Virus record (IMG/VR): IMGVR_UViG_3300017989_000052
Reading direction: 5' to 3' (one strand)
Length of the DNA stretch: 64,000 nt
Source: a virus
Taxonomy: Duplodnaviria > Heunggongvirae > Uroviricota > Caudoviricetes
Position numbers and translations under genes: made by a program. Below the pieces are notes generated by a model, which saw nothing but the letters and a program-made list of their open reading frames with translations, searched no databases and was not told where the DNA came from. This document shows, piece after piece, positions 40,250 through 49,748 of the stretch (positions are counted from its first letter, which is position 1; each line of letters starts with the position of its first letter).

Positions 40250-40746
40250 TCCTTAACCTTAATATCCCGCATACAACGGAATTTTTCATCTAGGTCCATT
40301 CCATAACCCAAAACAAAACGATCCGGGATTTCAAACCCGACAAAATCAGGGGTAAATGGAATAACTCGTCTAGATGGTTTACTCAGTAAAACCGCTGTTA
40401 AAATTTCTTTAGCTCCCGCTTCCCTCAACTTTCGGGCTAGAGTTGAAAGGGTTAGACCCGTATCGATAATATCATCGAGCAACAAAATGGTCTTTTGAGA
40501 AACATCTGGGAATTCCCCAATTTGGATATCGCCCGTAGATTCTTCTCCTTCATAAGACCTAGCTTTGATAAACTCTAACTCGTAGTCTTCCATGTTAAGT
40601 TCTTGCATTAAGTCAGAGCAAAAGAACGCAGCTCCTTTTAGAAGGGCTAAAACCAACACGTCCTTATCTTGCAACTTAGGTAATATTCGCCTAGCAAGGC
40701 TTCTGATTCGAGCTTTTATATCATCATTACTAATAAATGTTCTCAT
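40246..40746 (-). CDS. hpt: hypoxanthine/xanthine-guanine phosphoribosyltransferase
   Basis: PRPP-binding motif ILLLDDIIDTGLT and type I PRTase layout. Confidence 0.75.
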   Translation of the reverse strand: MRTFISNDDIKARIRSLARRILPKLQDKDVLVLALLKGAAFFCSDLMQELNMEDYELEFIKARSYEGEESTGDIQIGEFPDVSQKTILLLDDIIDTGLTLSTLARKLREAGAKEILTAVLLSKPSRRVIPFTPDFVGFEIPDRFVLGYGMDLDEKFRCMRDIKVKD

Positions 40747-40804
40747 AAGTAAATCCCCACAGTAAATTTAAGTATATAACTATTACTACCGAAGAGGAGA
40801 AAGC

Positions 40805-42235
40805 ATGAATAAGAACCGAGAAAAAAGTAAGAAAGTGGCTTGTGACTTCTCTTCGAGAAGTTCCCCCCTTTTTCTTAAAACCAAGATGTTTAAAGCAGCA
40901 AACTATATCTTTGAAAAGTTAAATGCTGCTGGGCACTCCACTTATTTCGCGGGTGGTTGTGTGCGGGATTCAATCCTAAAACTATCTATTAATGATATCG
41001 ATATTGCCACTTCAGCAACCCCAGACGAAGTCCAAAAGCTTTTCAGGAAGTCTAAGGCGGTAGGGGCATCCTTCGGGGTTGTGCTTATTGATATTGATTC
41101 CATTCCGTTTGAAGTTGCTACTTTTAGGACTGATAGCTCTTATTCTGACGGGAGGCACCCCGATAAAGTAGAATACAGCAATGATCCCAAGATAGATATC
41201 CAACGTAGGGACTTCACAATCAACGGTCTTTTCTATGATGCTAAAACCGACGAAGTCCTTGATGTTGTGGGGGGTGTTAAAGACCTGGAAGCCGGAAAGG
41301 TGCGAGCAATTGGTAACCCGGAAGAAAGGTTTGCAGAAGATTACCTCCGGATGTTACGTGCTGTTCGGTTTGCTGCACGGTTTGGATTTGATATTGAGGA
41401 CGAAACTCTGTTAGCAATTCGAGGGAATGCCCATAAAATAAATGACTTAGCCGCCGAAAGGGTTAAAGCGGAGCTTACTAAAATTTGGGCCGGACCCAAC
41501 CCTCACTATGCTCTAGATCTACTTCGGACAACTGGGCTTCTCCAAGAAATATTACCGGAAGTCGCAGCTCTAGAGGGGGTGGAGCAGCCAAAGAAATTCC
41601 ACCCCGAGGGTGATGTTTATAATCATACATACTTTGCATTGAAAGCCATGTGGGAGGATTTGGGAGCTGATGTTTCTCCCACCCTTGCCTGGGGAGTTTT
41701 ACTCCACGACATTGGCAAACCACGGACTGCTAAGATAAATAGGAGTGGCCGGGTCAGTTTTAATGGGCATGACCACGTTGGTGCGAAAATGGCAGAAAGG
41801 GTTTGTGAGCGTTTGAAATTTTCAAATGAAGAACGAGATTTAATTATTACCTTAGTCCGCAACCATATGAAATTCTTGGTTGCCCGTAATATGAAAACCG
41901 TAACTCTTAAGAAGTTTTTACGAACTGAGGGTTTTGATCAACTCTTACAATTACATAAATATGATTCACTGTCGGGAATCGGGGACCTTTCAAACTATGA
42001 ATATACTCAACAAAAACTCGATGCTTTTGAAGCAGGCACCCTCCAAGACGGCCTCAGGCCGAAAATTCTCTTAAATGGCGAAAATTTGAAGGAATTGGGG
42101 TACGAACCGGGGCCCATGTTTGGCAAGTTCATTCGTGCTTTAGAGGACAAACAACTAAACGAAGAGATTAAGACTAAAGAAGAAGCAATTGGTTTTGCGC
42201 GAGTATACCTTGGGAAGGGTAAGAAGAATGTATAA
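40805..42235 (+). CDS. cca: tRNA nucleotidyltransferase (CCA-adding enzyme) with HD domain
   Basis: Pol-beta head GGCVRDSIL...DIDIAT, RxxRFAARF body, HD motif LLHDIGKP. Confidence 0.8.
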   Translation: MNKNREKSKKVACDFSSRSSPLFLKTKMFKAANYIFEKLNAAGHSTYFAGGCVRDSILKLSINDIDIATSATPDEVQKLFRKSKAVGASFGVVLIDIDSIPFEVATFRTDSSYSDGRHPDKVEYSNDPKIDIQRRDFTINGLFYDAKTDEVLDVVGGVKDLEAGKVRAIGNPEERFAEDYLRMLRAVRFAARFGFDIEDETLLAIRGNAHKINDLAAERVKAELTKIWAGPNPHYALDLLRTTGLLQEILPEVAALEGVEQPKKFHPEGDVYNHTYFALKAMWEDLGADVSPTLAWGVLLHDIGKPRTAKINRSGRVSFNGHDHVGAKMAERVCERLKFSNEERDLIITLVRNHMKFLVARNMKTVTLKKFLRTEGFDQLLQLHKYDSLSGIGDLSNYEYTQQKLDAFEAGTLQDGLRPKILLNGENLKELGYEPGPMFGKFIRALEDKQLNEEIKTKEEAIGFARVYLGKGKKNV

Positions 42236-43277
42236 ATTGCGAACCATCGCTGGGGATGAAGTAGCACTCTCTCTAGACAACCCCCTAAACCTTCTCGCTG
42301 AAATAAATAACGAATTGCGGGAAGAGGATATTCTTAAATGGGCTAAGCAAAATGATAAAAGTTTGCAACTCGCGAGATGTTTAGGAAAATTAGGCACTAC
42401 CAAATTCTACCTCACCTCCCTTAGAACTGGTATGGCGGTCGATTTGCTTCTCCCTCTTTTATCGGAAAAACTTCCTGCTAAGGTCATAGCAAAACTTCTA
42501 AAAGTTTGTGCCTTCTGCTCCGTAAACGATTCAAGGGTATTAAATCAGAGAATTAGAAGGTTTGCGACAAAATACTTGGGGAAAGAGGATGCGGCCTACG
42601 ACTTTGTTCTTCAAAAAAAGAGAAAAACTATTTCTCCCGACCTTTTCCTTGAAACTTTTAAGGACATTTCAAAGGAATTCCGGGAATTCCTTCGATCCTA
42701 CCCCTATCTCTTTGAAGGTTATCTTGAAAGGTTAACTACTGCATCAGAAAAAGAAACAAATTCTATTGTTGGGGCACTGGAAAATATTTTTGAGGAAGGA
42801 ATCAAAGAAAGTTACCCGAATACACTTACTATCGGCGTTTTAATTAAAAATAAGCGAGTCGTTCTAACGAAAAAAACGGTGGAGTTAAGGCTTAAGGCTC
42901 TTTTAAATGGAAAATGGATAGCGTACTGTCATAAATTTCTTGATGCCTATTTACGACAATATCGTCCAGAGTTCGTAAAAAAGAACATGGACTATGTTGA
43001 TAAAATTACTGTTCAGGTAATTCAAAAAGGCGATAAGAAAAATAAGGCGGCGATTCAATCAGCAGTCAAGAGGGTGAATAACCCTCGTACCCTAGTTAGC
43101 TTATTCACCCATACGGATCAAGTAATCCGAAAGATTGCGAAGCAAACAATTAAAAAGGGTAAAGCAGAGTTTATATATGAAGCCCTTAAGCAAAGAGTTA
43201 AAGAAGAGGTAGATCTCAATTGGGAAGAAATCCTTTCAACTGAAATTTACGAGCTTTTAACCTCTAAAGAGTTTTAG
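42228..43277 (+). CDS. hypothetical protein
   Basis: Start at the MYKLRT ATG overlapping the cca stop. Confidence 0.35.
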   Translation: MYKLRTIAGDEVALSLDNPLNLLAEINNELREEDILKWAKQNDKSLQLARCLGKLGTTKFYLTSLRTGMAVDLLLPLLSEKLPAKVIAKLLKVCAFCSVNDSRVLNQRIRRFATKYLGKEDAAYDFVLQKKRKTISPDLFLETFKDISKEFREFLRSYPYLFEGYLERLTTASEKETNSIVGALENIFEEGIKESYPNTLTIGVLIKNKRVVLTKKTVELRLKALLNGKWIAYCHKFLDAYLRQYRPEFVKKNMDYVDKITVQVIQKGDKKNKAAIQSAVKRVNNPRTLVSLFTHTDQVIRKIAKQTIKKGKAEFIYEALKQRVKEEVDLNWEEILSTEIYELLTSKEF

Positions 43278-43333
43278 CATCAAACGAAGAACAAAAAAAA
43301 TTCAATATATATAAATAACTAAAGGGTAACCGC

Positions 43334-43612
43334 TTGCCATTCTCTTTTAAATGGAGGCAAGTTATGACGTACCGAGAAGAAGAATTACGAACAAGGATAG
43401 ACGGAATTCAAAGGCTTGAGGCGAAAGCTAAATGCCCAGAATACCGACGGATTCTCCAAGAACGGAGGTACCGGGTTGAGCGCTCGCTTAATTCCGAGCG
43501 CAGACGAGCTATCTTTTTAGTAAAGGATACAGAATGCCAAATTTTGAATAAAGTGATTCTTGCAATGGTATTTTTAGGGGTTTGTTTTCTGTTATTCTAT
43601 TTTGGGAAATAA
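43334..43612 (+). CDS. hypothetical protein with C-terminal TM helix
   Basis: ORF track. Confidence 0.3.
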   Translation: MPFSFKWRQVMTYREEELRTRIDGIQRLEAKAKCPEYRRILQERRYRVERSLNSERRRAIFLVKDTECQILNKVILAMVFLGVCFLLFYFGK

Positions 43613-43617
43613 CCACA

Positions 43618-44034
43618 ATGAAAAGTATCTACTACCGGAAGGGGTGGTGGGAAAAACTTTCTGGCACATCTCGCAAACAAATCCGAGATTTATCCTTCCG
43701 CTCTGAGGGCGACTTTTGTGCCTCGATTATGGAAGACCCGCCTTATATTATAAGGCTATTTAACCAGTCAAAACTAATTGGCTGGGTGGCGTATTTTCCC
43801 AACCTCAACGAAATTAATACATATATTCGCAAGTCCGAAAGGCGCAAAGGACATGGACGGCGTCTTATGAAAAGGATGGCGGCGTTTTTGGAAGAAAGAA
43901 ACAAGAGAAACAAGAAAGGGTTACCAATCGTTTGGAATTGGGATGCTACAAGTGGCCCGTTCTTCCACACCTTGAGCCAGGAACTGGGAAACCAAAAAAC
44001 CTTCCTAATTCGAAATGCGGACCCTTTCCCCTAG
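43618..44034 (+). CDS. hypothetical protein (possible GNAT-like fold, weak)
   Basis: ORF track. Confidence 0.3.
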   Translation: MKSIYYRKGWWEKLSGTSRKQIRDLSFRSEGDFCASIMEDPPYIIRLFNQSKLIGWVAYFPNLNEINTYIRKSERRKGHGRRLMKRMAAFLEERNKRNKKGLPIVWNWDATSGPFFHTLSQELGNQKTFLIRNADPFP

Positions 44035-44086
44035 TGCGTTCCCTGCATGGTGCTATGAAGTGCCGATCTTTAAGGAGAGATGACTC

Positions 44087-44587
44087 ATGAGTTGGAAATC
44101 GCTTGAGACCGCTGCTGAGCGTGGCCCGATCCGGTTAGGGTGTGCGATCATTGTTGTTGTGGCGGTGTTGGGAGGCATCGTCGGCATCCTTGGGTATGGG
44201 TGTGGCCTTTTTGGGGAAGCGGCGAGTGTGACCCAAGAGGAATTCGGGCCGAGAGCACTGCTCGAAAAGTACGAGCTTTTCAAAGATATGCATGCCCAGC
44301 TCGACAGCAAACTCGCCTCTATTGAGGTCTACCGCCAGAGGGTAACTCGGTTTGAGGAAGATTTTGCAGATGTCCCTCGGCCCGAGTGGGATCGGCATGC
44401 TCGGTCTGAGTACGATTTGCTTACGGCGGAATTGACAGGAATGGTCGCCGCATATAACAGCCTTGCAGCCGAGTACAACGCAGCAATGGCAAAGTTTAAC
44501 TACCGTTTCTGTAACACAGGAACTTTACCGGAGGGAGCTACCCAAACATTGCCAAGGGAAGTTGCGCCGTACGAATACGGGTATTAA
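44087..44587 (+). CDS. hypothetical membrane-anchored protein
   Basis: N-terminal TM, ORF track. Confidence 0.35.
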   Translation: MSWKSLETAAERGPIRLGCAIIVVVAVLGGIVGILGYGCGLFGEAASVTQEEFGPRALLEKYELFKDMHAQLDSKLASIEVYRQRVTRFEEDFADVPRPEWDRHARSEYDLLTAELTGMVAAYNSLAAEYNAAMAKFNYRFCNTGTLPEGATQTLPREVAPYEYGY

Positions 44588-44638
44588 ACACGCCCGTTGT
44601 CCTGCTACCCGTTTTATCTTTCCCAAAAGGAAATCCCA

Positions 44639-45208
44639 ATGCGCACCTCAACTTTCTTTTTCCTCCTAGCCCTCGTCTGTTCCTTGTTTATGCTCAGCTG
44701 CGACGAAGGGTCTAAGGATGGGCCTGTTTCGCGAACAAACGTTTCTCAGGCCACTGCGAACATCCCGGTCGGGTCCGATGGGCTGACGACCGAACAACGA
44801 AATATTCGACAGCGCCTAGAGATGGACAACACGCCTGGCAGTATCAAACATCTTTATATCATCAGCGCAATGTCTGGGCAGGTAATCCTTTACAGCACTG
44901 TTGCTGGGAAAGTTACTTCGTCTGGCAAGCGCCTCAGCCCATACGGGGTTGTTGCTACTGATGGACAGCACGTCGATAGCGAGCACCAGGGAATCCCAGT
45001 TAGTATTGGAGGCGAGACCCACCACACGTCTGAAGTTCTTCAAGACGATGGGACCTATGGGCACAGCATTCCTTATCTCTATTGGTGGGACCAGCGGGGT
45101 GTTTATCATCAACATTATGTTACCGGCGGGCAGATCGTGCACATTGGAAACGAACCGCTACGAGTCGGAGAAATCATCATCAATATCGAAGAGATGGCGA
45201 GCGAATAA
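44639..45208 (+). CDS. putative lipoprotein
   Basis: Signal peptide with lipobox FMLSC. Confidence 0.4.
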   Translation: MRTSTFFFLLALVCSLFMLSCDEGSKDGPVSRTNVSQATANIPVGSDGLTTEQRNIRQRLEMDNTPGSIKHLYIISAMSGQVILYSTVAGKVTSSGKRLSPYGVVATDGQHVDSEHQGIPVSIGGETHHTSEVLQDDGTYGHSIPYLYWWDQRGVYHQHYVTGGQIVHIGNEPLRVGEIIINIEEMASE

Positions 45209-45288
45209 TTCTCGCTTTCCATCAAAAACCCTGACCAGTCTTGGGTATTAAAGACTGGAGCTATGATCCCTAACCGGAGGAGCTGAAA

Positions 45289-45576
45289 ATGGCACAACAA
45301 CCGCAAGAAACGAAGTCGAAGGGCCGGCCTGACCCCAATCTTTGGAGTCCAGTGAAGGAGCTTCTGTCGCCCCCTCTTCCCAAAACCCCCAAGTGGAGCA
45401 AATTGTCCGTTAAGGACAAGCTCGCCTACTGGAACACGCGTCTGAAGGTGATCGCGAAACGAGAATCCGCAGGGATGTCTTGCACCCGCGAAAAGGCGCG
45501 GGTTAACAAGCGCATCGACGAACTAAAAGGCGCGGGGAAGCGTGAAAAGAAGGTGGAAGAAGAGGCGCAGGAATAG
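45289..45576 (+). CDS. hypothetical basic protein
   Basis: ORF track. Confidence 0.3.
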   Translation: MAQQPQETKSKGRPDPNLWSPVKELLSPPLPKTPKWSKLSVKDKLAYWNTRLKVIAKRESAGMSCTREKARVNKRIDELKGAGKREKKVEEEAQE

Positions 45577-45641
45577 AAAGATTTGACAACGTAGTTTTCA
45601 TCTCGATATACTTCTAAGATTCTTTCTCTACGTTGTCGGTT

Positions 45642-45713
45642 AAGCCGGTAGCTCAATTGGTTAGAGCGTCTGTCTTCCGGCGGATGATATGGGTTCGAAC
45701 CCCACCCGGCTTA
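45642..45713 (+). tRNA. atypical 72-nt tRNA-like gene; no canonical 7-nt anticodon loop, the best fold gives an 8-nt loop TCTTCCGG
   Basis: Perfect 7-bp acceptor AAGCCGG/CCGGCTT, D arm GCTC-AATTGGTTA-GAGC, T arm ATGGG-TTCGAAC-CCCAC, discriminator A; the anticodon stem pairs only as GTCTG/CGGAT with 2 G·U pairs. Confidence 0.45.
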
Positions 45714-45763
45714 TTTCAAAAAATTCCGGTTCACCTAACTTGGGTTTCTTAGGGTTAAAACAA

Positions 45764-46192
45764 ATGAAGCACTCAACGATCTGGCATGAAATTCCTCCGG
45801 AAGACACGGGCGCGATGAAGTGGCATACATTTCCGAAGTGGCTGGAAAAGGCACTCCGGAAATGGGCACGAAAAAATCTCGGTTTCTTCAAAAGCTTGTG
45901 GAGCACCCCCCAAGGCTTATTCGATCAACTGATTTTGGGTATCAACCACGAACACGGGATACCCGAATTTCATTGGCTTGATCATTGGGGAGCATCCATC
46001 GCTGAAATCGATGGGGAAGTGTTAGACGTACTTTCTACCGAACCTTATACCCATTCCGATACCGAAGCAGGGTATAAGGCTTTTGCGGAAAGGCTTGAAC
46101 TTGAATACCGAGAAGTTTCTCCTGGGATTTACTTCCCGGGAGGAAAGAGATGTGTCTTTTATGAAAAACGTAGTTTAACTATCGCTTTTTAG
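45764..46192 (+). CDS. hypothetical protein
   Basis: Start moved to MKHSTIW downstream of the tRNA. Confidence 0.3.
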   Translation: MKHSTIWHEIPPEDTGAMKWHTFPKWLEKALRKWARKNLGFFKSLWSTPQGLFDQLILGINHEHGIPEFHWLDHWGASIAEIDGEVLDVLSTEPYTHSDTEAGYKAFAERLELEYREVSPGIYFPGGKRCVFYEKRSLTIAF

Positions 46193-46234
46193 TTAACCCT
46201 CTACCATTTAACCTATTCCTTAAAGGAAAAGAAA

Positions 46235-46789
46235 ATGCGTTTATCTTTCCGTATAGCGATTGAAGAAGAAGTAGATGGGGTCGTTCACGCAAAGTGCGTG
46301 AATTTAAAAGAAGCGTTTGTGGAAGAAGCCGATTTTAAAACAGCCCTCTCCAAAATGCAAGAAACAATCGTAGAAAAGGCACAAGCATATATCCAGGCAG
46401 GTGAAAAGGTGCCTTGGGAAAGACCTAAAAAACGAGGGTCGCGTGGAAGTGATGGCGCAAACCAAGTCCTTTGGGCTGACCTTGATAATATAGAAGAGGA
46501 TAACCTTCCCCCTGGAAATGTTATTGTAACTTGTATTTCGTGTGGAAAAAAACTCCACTGTGAGGACGTAGAGGATGATAATGTCCCAACAATCGTCCAT
46601 GACGGGATAATCTGCCAGTCTCATGGAAACTATGGCAGCACTCAATACGATTTAGATGATGGAGAATTAGTCATTTATCTTTGTGACGACTGCTTAGTTA
46701 AGAAGGCTGATATAGTTCGGCATGTCTTATGGAAACAAACTAAAACCGCAGGCCAAGTTCGAACATTCCGGGAACTTAAAACAAGGTAA
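46235..46789 (+). CDS. hypothetical protein with Cys-rich zinc-ribbon region
   Basis: ORF track. Confidence 0.3.
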   Translation: MRLSFRIAIEEEVDGVVHAKCVNLKEAFVEEADFKTALSKMQETIVEKAQAYIQAGEKVPWERPKKRGSRGSDGANQVLWADLDNIEEDNLPPGNVIVTCISCGKKLHCEDVEDDNVPTIVHDGIICQSHGNYGSTQYDLDDGELVIYLCDDCLVKKADIVRHVLWKQTKTAGQVRTFRELKTR

Positions 46790-46793
46790 GAAA

Positions 46794-47108
46794 ATGGCGA
46801 AAAAGAAAGAGGATAGCTGGCTCAGCGAAATACACGGAAGCCTTGAACAGGATAGAAAAAAAAGGGACCAAGACCGCAAGGAATTTAACGAGAAGTTAGG
46901 GAATCCCGATCTTTTTATTTTAGATAATGAAGACCCCTTTGGCGATGAACGCGGGGTAGGGTACTGGCGGGTCGAGGAAGGTATCCTAACCGTTCGACGC
47001 CCGAATATAAAATATGGATTCGACCCCAATACCCAAGAACTTTTGGATGAGGGGTGGATTCTAAAAATGGAAAAGCTTCTAGCGAAAAAACCCCGGTCGT
47101 TTGAATAA
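46794..47108 (+). CDS. hypothetical protein
   Basis: Start at the MAKKKEDSW ATG. Confidence 0.3.
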   Translation: MAKKKEDSWLSEIHGSLEQDRKKRDQDRKEFNEKLGNPDLFILDNEDPFGDERGVGYWRVEEGILTVRRPNIKYGFDPNTQELLDEGWILKMEKLLAKKPRSFE

Positions 47109-47136
47109 CCCCTCGGAACCCTAAAAGGAGATTAAC

Positions 47137-47487
47137 ATGTCTGGAACTGGCGAATACGAAAAAGTCCTTGACAAAACTGCCGAGCTATGTGACACTGCTA
47201 AACGGTTGATCGCCGCTGGGTATTTCGGCATTTCAATTCATTCTGCTGATGGGCATCGCTGGATTGAAATTAACGAAGAAGTCGAAACGAATCTCCAGGA
47301 GATGCTATCGCAAGCACAATTAACCCCAATTAGAAGTAAAGTTTACGGCTCTATCCTGGATGCTCTCGACCGGGTTGATGGTGCCCTGAAAACTTTGGGA
47401 CAACTCTCTCTACTCGAGACTTTCGAGAGTTATGATGAATGGGATGCGTGGGGATTAGCTCCCGCTGAAACGGGCCCTGAAAACTAG
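47137..47487 (+). CDS. hypothetical protein
   Basis: ORF track. Confidence 0.3.
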   Translation: MSGTGEYEKVLDKTAELCDTAKRLIAAGYFGISIHSADGHRWIEINEEVETNLQEMLSQAQLTPIRSKVYGSILDALDRVDGALKTLGQLSLLETFESYDEWDAWGLAPAETGPEN

Positions 47488-47520
47488 GCCCATTAACAAT
47501 CTACAGCCTAAAAAGAAAAA

Positions 47521-47543
47521 GGAGCCAGTTTCGGCTCCTTTTT
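47521..47543 (+). terminator. rho-independent terminator
   Basis: GGAGCCAGTTTCGGCTCC followed by TTTTT. Confidence 0.6.
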
Positions 47544-47656
47544 CTTTGCTTTAATTTTTGCAAGGCCATGAAATTCAAAGGTAATTTTGGGGGCAAGCCA
47601 TTAAAATAGTTCTTTTTTGTTTGCCCCTTGTTTTTTATTTACATTTAAGACAAAGC

Positions 47657-47688
47657 CAAAAAAGGCCCCCAGCTAGGGGCCTTTTTTG
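47657..47688. terminator. bidirectional rho-independent terminator
   Basis: AAAAAA-AGGCCCCCAGCTAGGGGCCT-TTTTTT. Confidence 0.65.
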
Positions 47689-47710
47689 TTACCAATGTAA
47701 CCCAATGTAA

Positions 47711-48607
47711 TTAAATTTTTTCAAGAAAATTGAGAGCAATTTTCTTAGCGCCAAACGCAGCAAAGGAAACTATTGCTGTGGGGGTCTCCCCCTCTATTAT
47801 TTTCTGAACAAACCCTTCCCCGAATTTGGAATGCCTAACTGGGTCTCCTTCAGAAATAGTTTCTTTAATAGTTTTCTCAATATACTCTGGTTCTATTTCT
47901 GTTCCCCAGTCTAAACCCCTTATAACCCCTTCTACCTCGCTTGCTATGAAGGAGCAGATCTCCTTGGATATCCCAGGATAGTGAACCTCGCCTTTAAGTT
48001 TTGGAAATTTGAAAGGAGCTGGCGCACCAAGGTTAACGCGATTGAATTGCTTTTGAACATTTTCTAAAATTCTCAATGCTTCCTGTTTAAGGGCGAAACT
48101 TTTTATCTCCGAGTCGATAAATTCAGCAAGTTTTAGGGACAGTTCCCCTACGGGGAATTCATCCGGGTCGTCCCCTATTTCATCTGTTACCTCCGTTATT
48201 GCATCTCTAACGGCTAGAACAAAGTTAGAAAGAATTTTCATCTCTTTATCTGTAAGAACAGCCCGCTCTATTTTAGTTGTCTGGCTTTTTGTATATTGTT
48301 TACGTGTTTCCCCCCGAACATCAGCTGGCTTTTCATCTAAAAGGATTAAGTTAGTTTCTGTTGGGATTTTTGCAACATTTCTTGCCGTCTGTTTAATCTC
48401 GCTTAGAGTTGCAGCGGGAGTATGTTCAATTGCTGAATGCCCCCCTGTTGCGAAATCGACTACAAAGCTAAAACCTGTTTCGGTTGGCCAGCATCTAATG
48501 CCTTTTGCTTGTGGCCGGTCATCCCCCCGCTGCCTTCGCTGGGAAGCAAGCTTTTCAATCTCAAGAATAATTCGGTATAACTGTTTAGAAAAAGCTCGTT
48601 TATCCAT
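47711..48607 (-). CDS. hypothetical protein (N-terminal KRAFSKQLYRIILEIEKLA helix motif)
   Basis: ORF track; the ATG abuts the upstream stop (TAAATG). Confidence 0.4.
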   Translation of the reverse strand: MDKRAFSKQLYRIILEIEKLASQRRQRGDDRPQAKGIRCWPTETGFSFVVDFATGGHSAIEHTPAATLSEIKQTARNVAKIPTETNLILLDEKPADVRGETRKQYTKSQTTKIERAVLTDKEMKILSNFVLAVRDAITEVTDEIGDDPDEFPVGELSLKLAEFIDSEIKSFALKQEALRILENVQKQFNRVNLGAPAPFKFPKLKGEVHYPGISKEICSFIASEVEGVIRGLDWGTEIEPEYIEKTIKETISEGDPVRHSKFGEGFVQKIIEGETPTAIVSFAAFGAKKIALNFLEKI

Positions 48608-48835
48608 TTAAGTCAAGTCCTTTATTTTCTTCTTATACTTTGAGATTCTTTTCTCAAGCATCTTTACCCAGCCCCCGTTATTTGTTGCTTTTGCCCGCTC
48701 CATATGCTTATATGCCGTCTTTTTCTTTTCTCGCCAGTATTTCAATTCTTCTGTCATAGTTTCAAATTTTTTGGCTAACTTTGCTAGCCCATCAGCGACT
48801 TTATATAATTGAGAAGCATAAGCTTTCTTATTCAT
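48608..48835 (-). CDS. hypothetical protein (N-terminal KKAYASQLYKVADGLAKLAKK motif)
   Basis: ORF track. Confidence 0.35.
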   Translation of the reverse strand: MNKKAYASQLYKVADGLAKLAKKFETMTEELKYWREKKKTAYKHMERAKATNNGGWVKMLEKRISKYKKKIKDLT

Positions 48836-49604
48836 TGTATTTCTTTTCTAAGTCACTAGCAACCCGGTAAAGAAGTTTTGCTAGGTGTGTTTTCTTTTCT
48901 ATCCCGTCTTCTTCTGCCTTTGGCTCTGGAGCCTTACTCGGCTTAGGTGGCTGGAATGGATTCCTTTTGGGCTCTCGCTTGGGGGGATCTGTTTTCGGGT
49001 CTGTTTTCGGTTTCGTTGGGGCAGATGGTGCGGGTGATGTTGCAAGTTTTTTCTGAGCTGCCTGTTTATTCTCGGATGTATTTTTTCTTAACATCTCTTT
49101 CATCTCCTCTGGATTATCGATGATTCGACTAATGGTCGTATGCAATTCATCCGGCTCTAGTAAGGCCAAAAACATAATCGCTTCTGCTTTTTCTTTAGGG
49201 TTTGTGGGCAGAACTTTCAAAAGTTTTCGCCACAAGGCAGGTCCAGTATGAAAATGGTAAATCTCGTGTTCTAATTTATCTGCGTACTCATAAACTTTTG
49301 CTAATTCCGTAGGGTTTTCTGGAAGGCCGTGTGCTGTTAAAACTTCCATAACGCCTTTTGATAGTTCCTGTAAAAGGACTGGGAAGATGATCCCATGTGC
49401 CTTAACAATTACTTTCTCCTCGCCGTCCGCTTCCTGCCACTCAATTTCTTCACTGCCCGCTTTTTGTCCTAACTGTGTTGGGTTAGGGAGGGGAATGAAC
49501 CAAACACTATAGGCCATCCCGGCGATATTCTGGTCATATAATTTAAGCAAATTCTCGTCGATTTGCCTTAGCTTCTCCCCTGCCAGATGATGCAATGTTT
49601 TCAT
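48828..49604 (-). CDS. hypothetical protein (C-terminal KTHLAKLLYRVASDLEKK motif); possibly continuous with the upstream ORF through an in-frame TGA
   Basis: ORF track. Confidence 0.4.
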   Translation of the reverse strand: MKTLHHLAGEKLRQIDENLLKLYDQNIAGMAYSVWFIPLPNPTQLGQKAGSEEIEWQEADGEEKVIVKAHGIIFPVLLQELSKGVMEVLTAHGLPENPTELAKVYEYADKLEHEIYHFHTGPALWRKLLKVLPTNPKEKAEAIMFLALLEPDELHTTISRIIDNPEEMKEMLRKNTSENKQAAQKKLATSPAPSAPTKPKTDPKTDPPKREPKRNPFQPPKPSKAPEPKAEEDGIEKKTHLAKLLYRVASDLEKKYNE

Positions 49605-49748
49605 CGCATTAATCGCAGAGCCCTGTGTTAGATTATTTAAGGTGATTCGTTTATCAATAAGCTTTTTGATATTTTCGGGGATCTCTCCTTCGAAAATTTT
49701 GTCTGCATCAAAATCAATTTCATCAGCACGCTGATCTGCTCCTTGTAC

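Noticed and set aside
45661-45906. Minus-strand ORF with …GFEPISSAGRQTL
   Set aside because: Antisense of the tRNA-like gene at 45642-45713. The overlapping plus ORF 45689..46192 was trimmed to the ATG at 45764 for the same reason.
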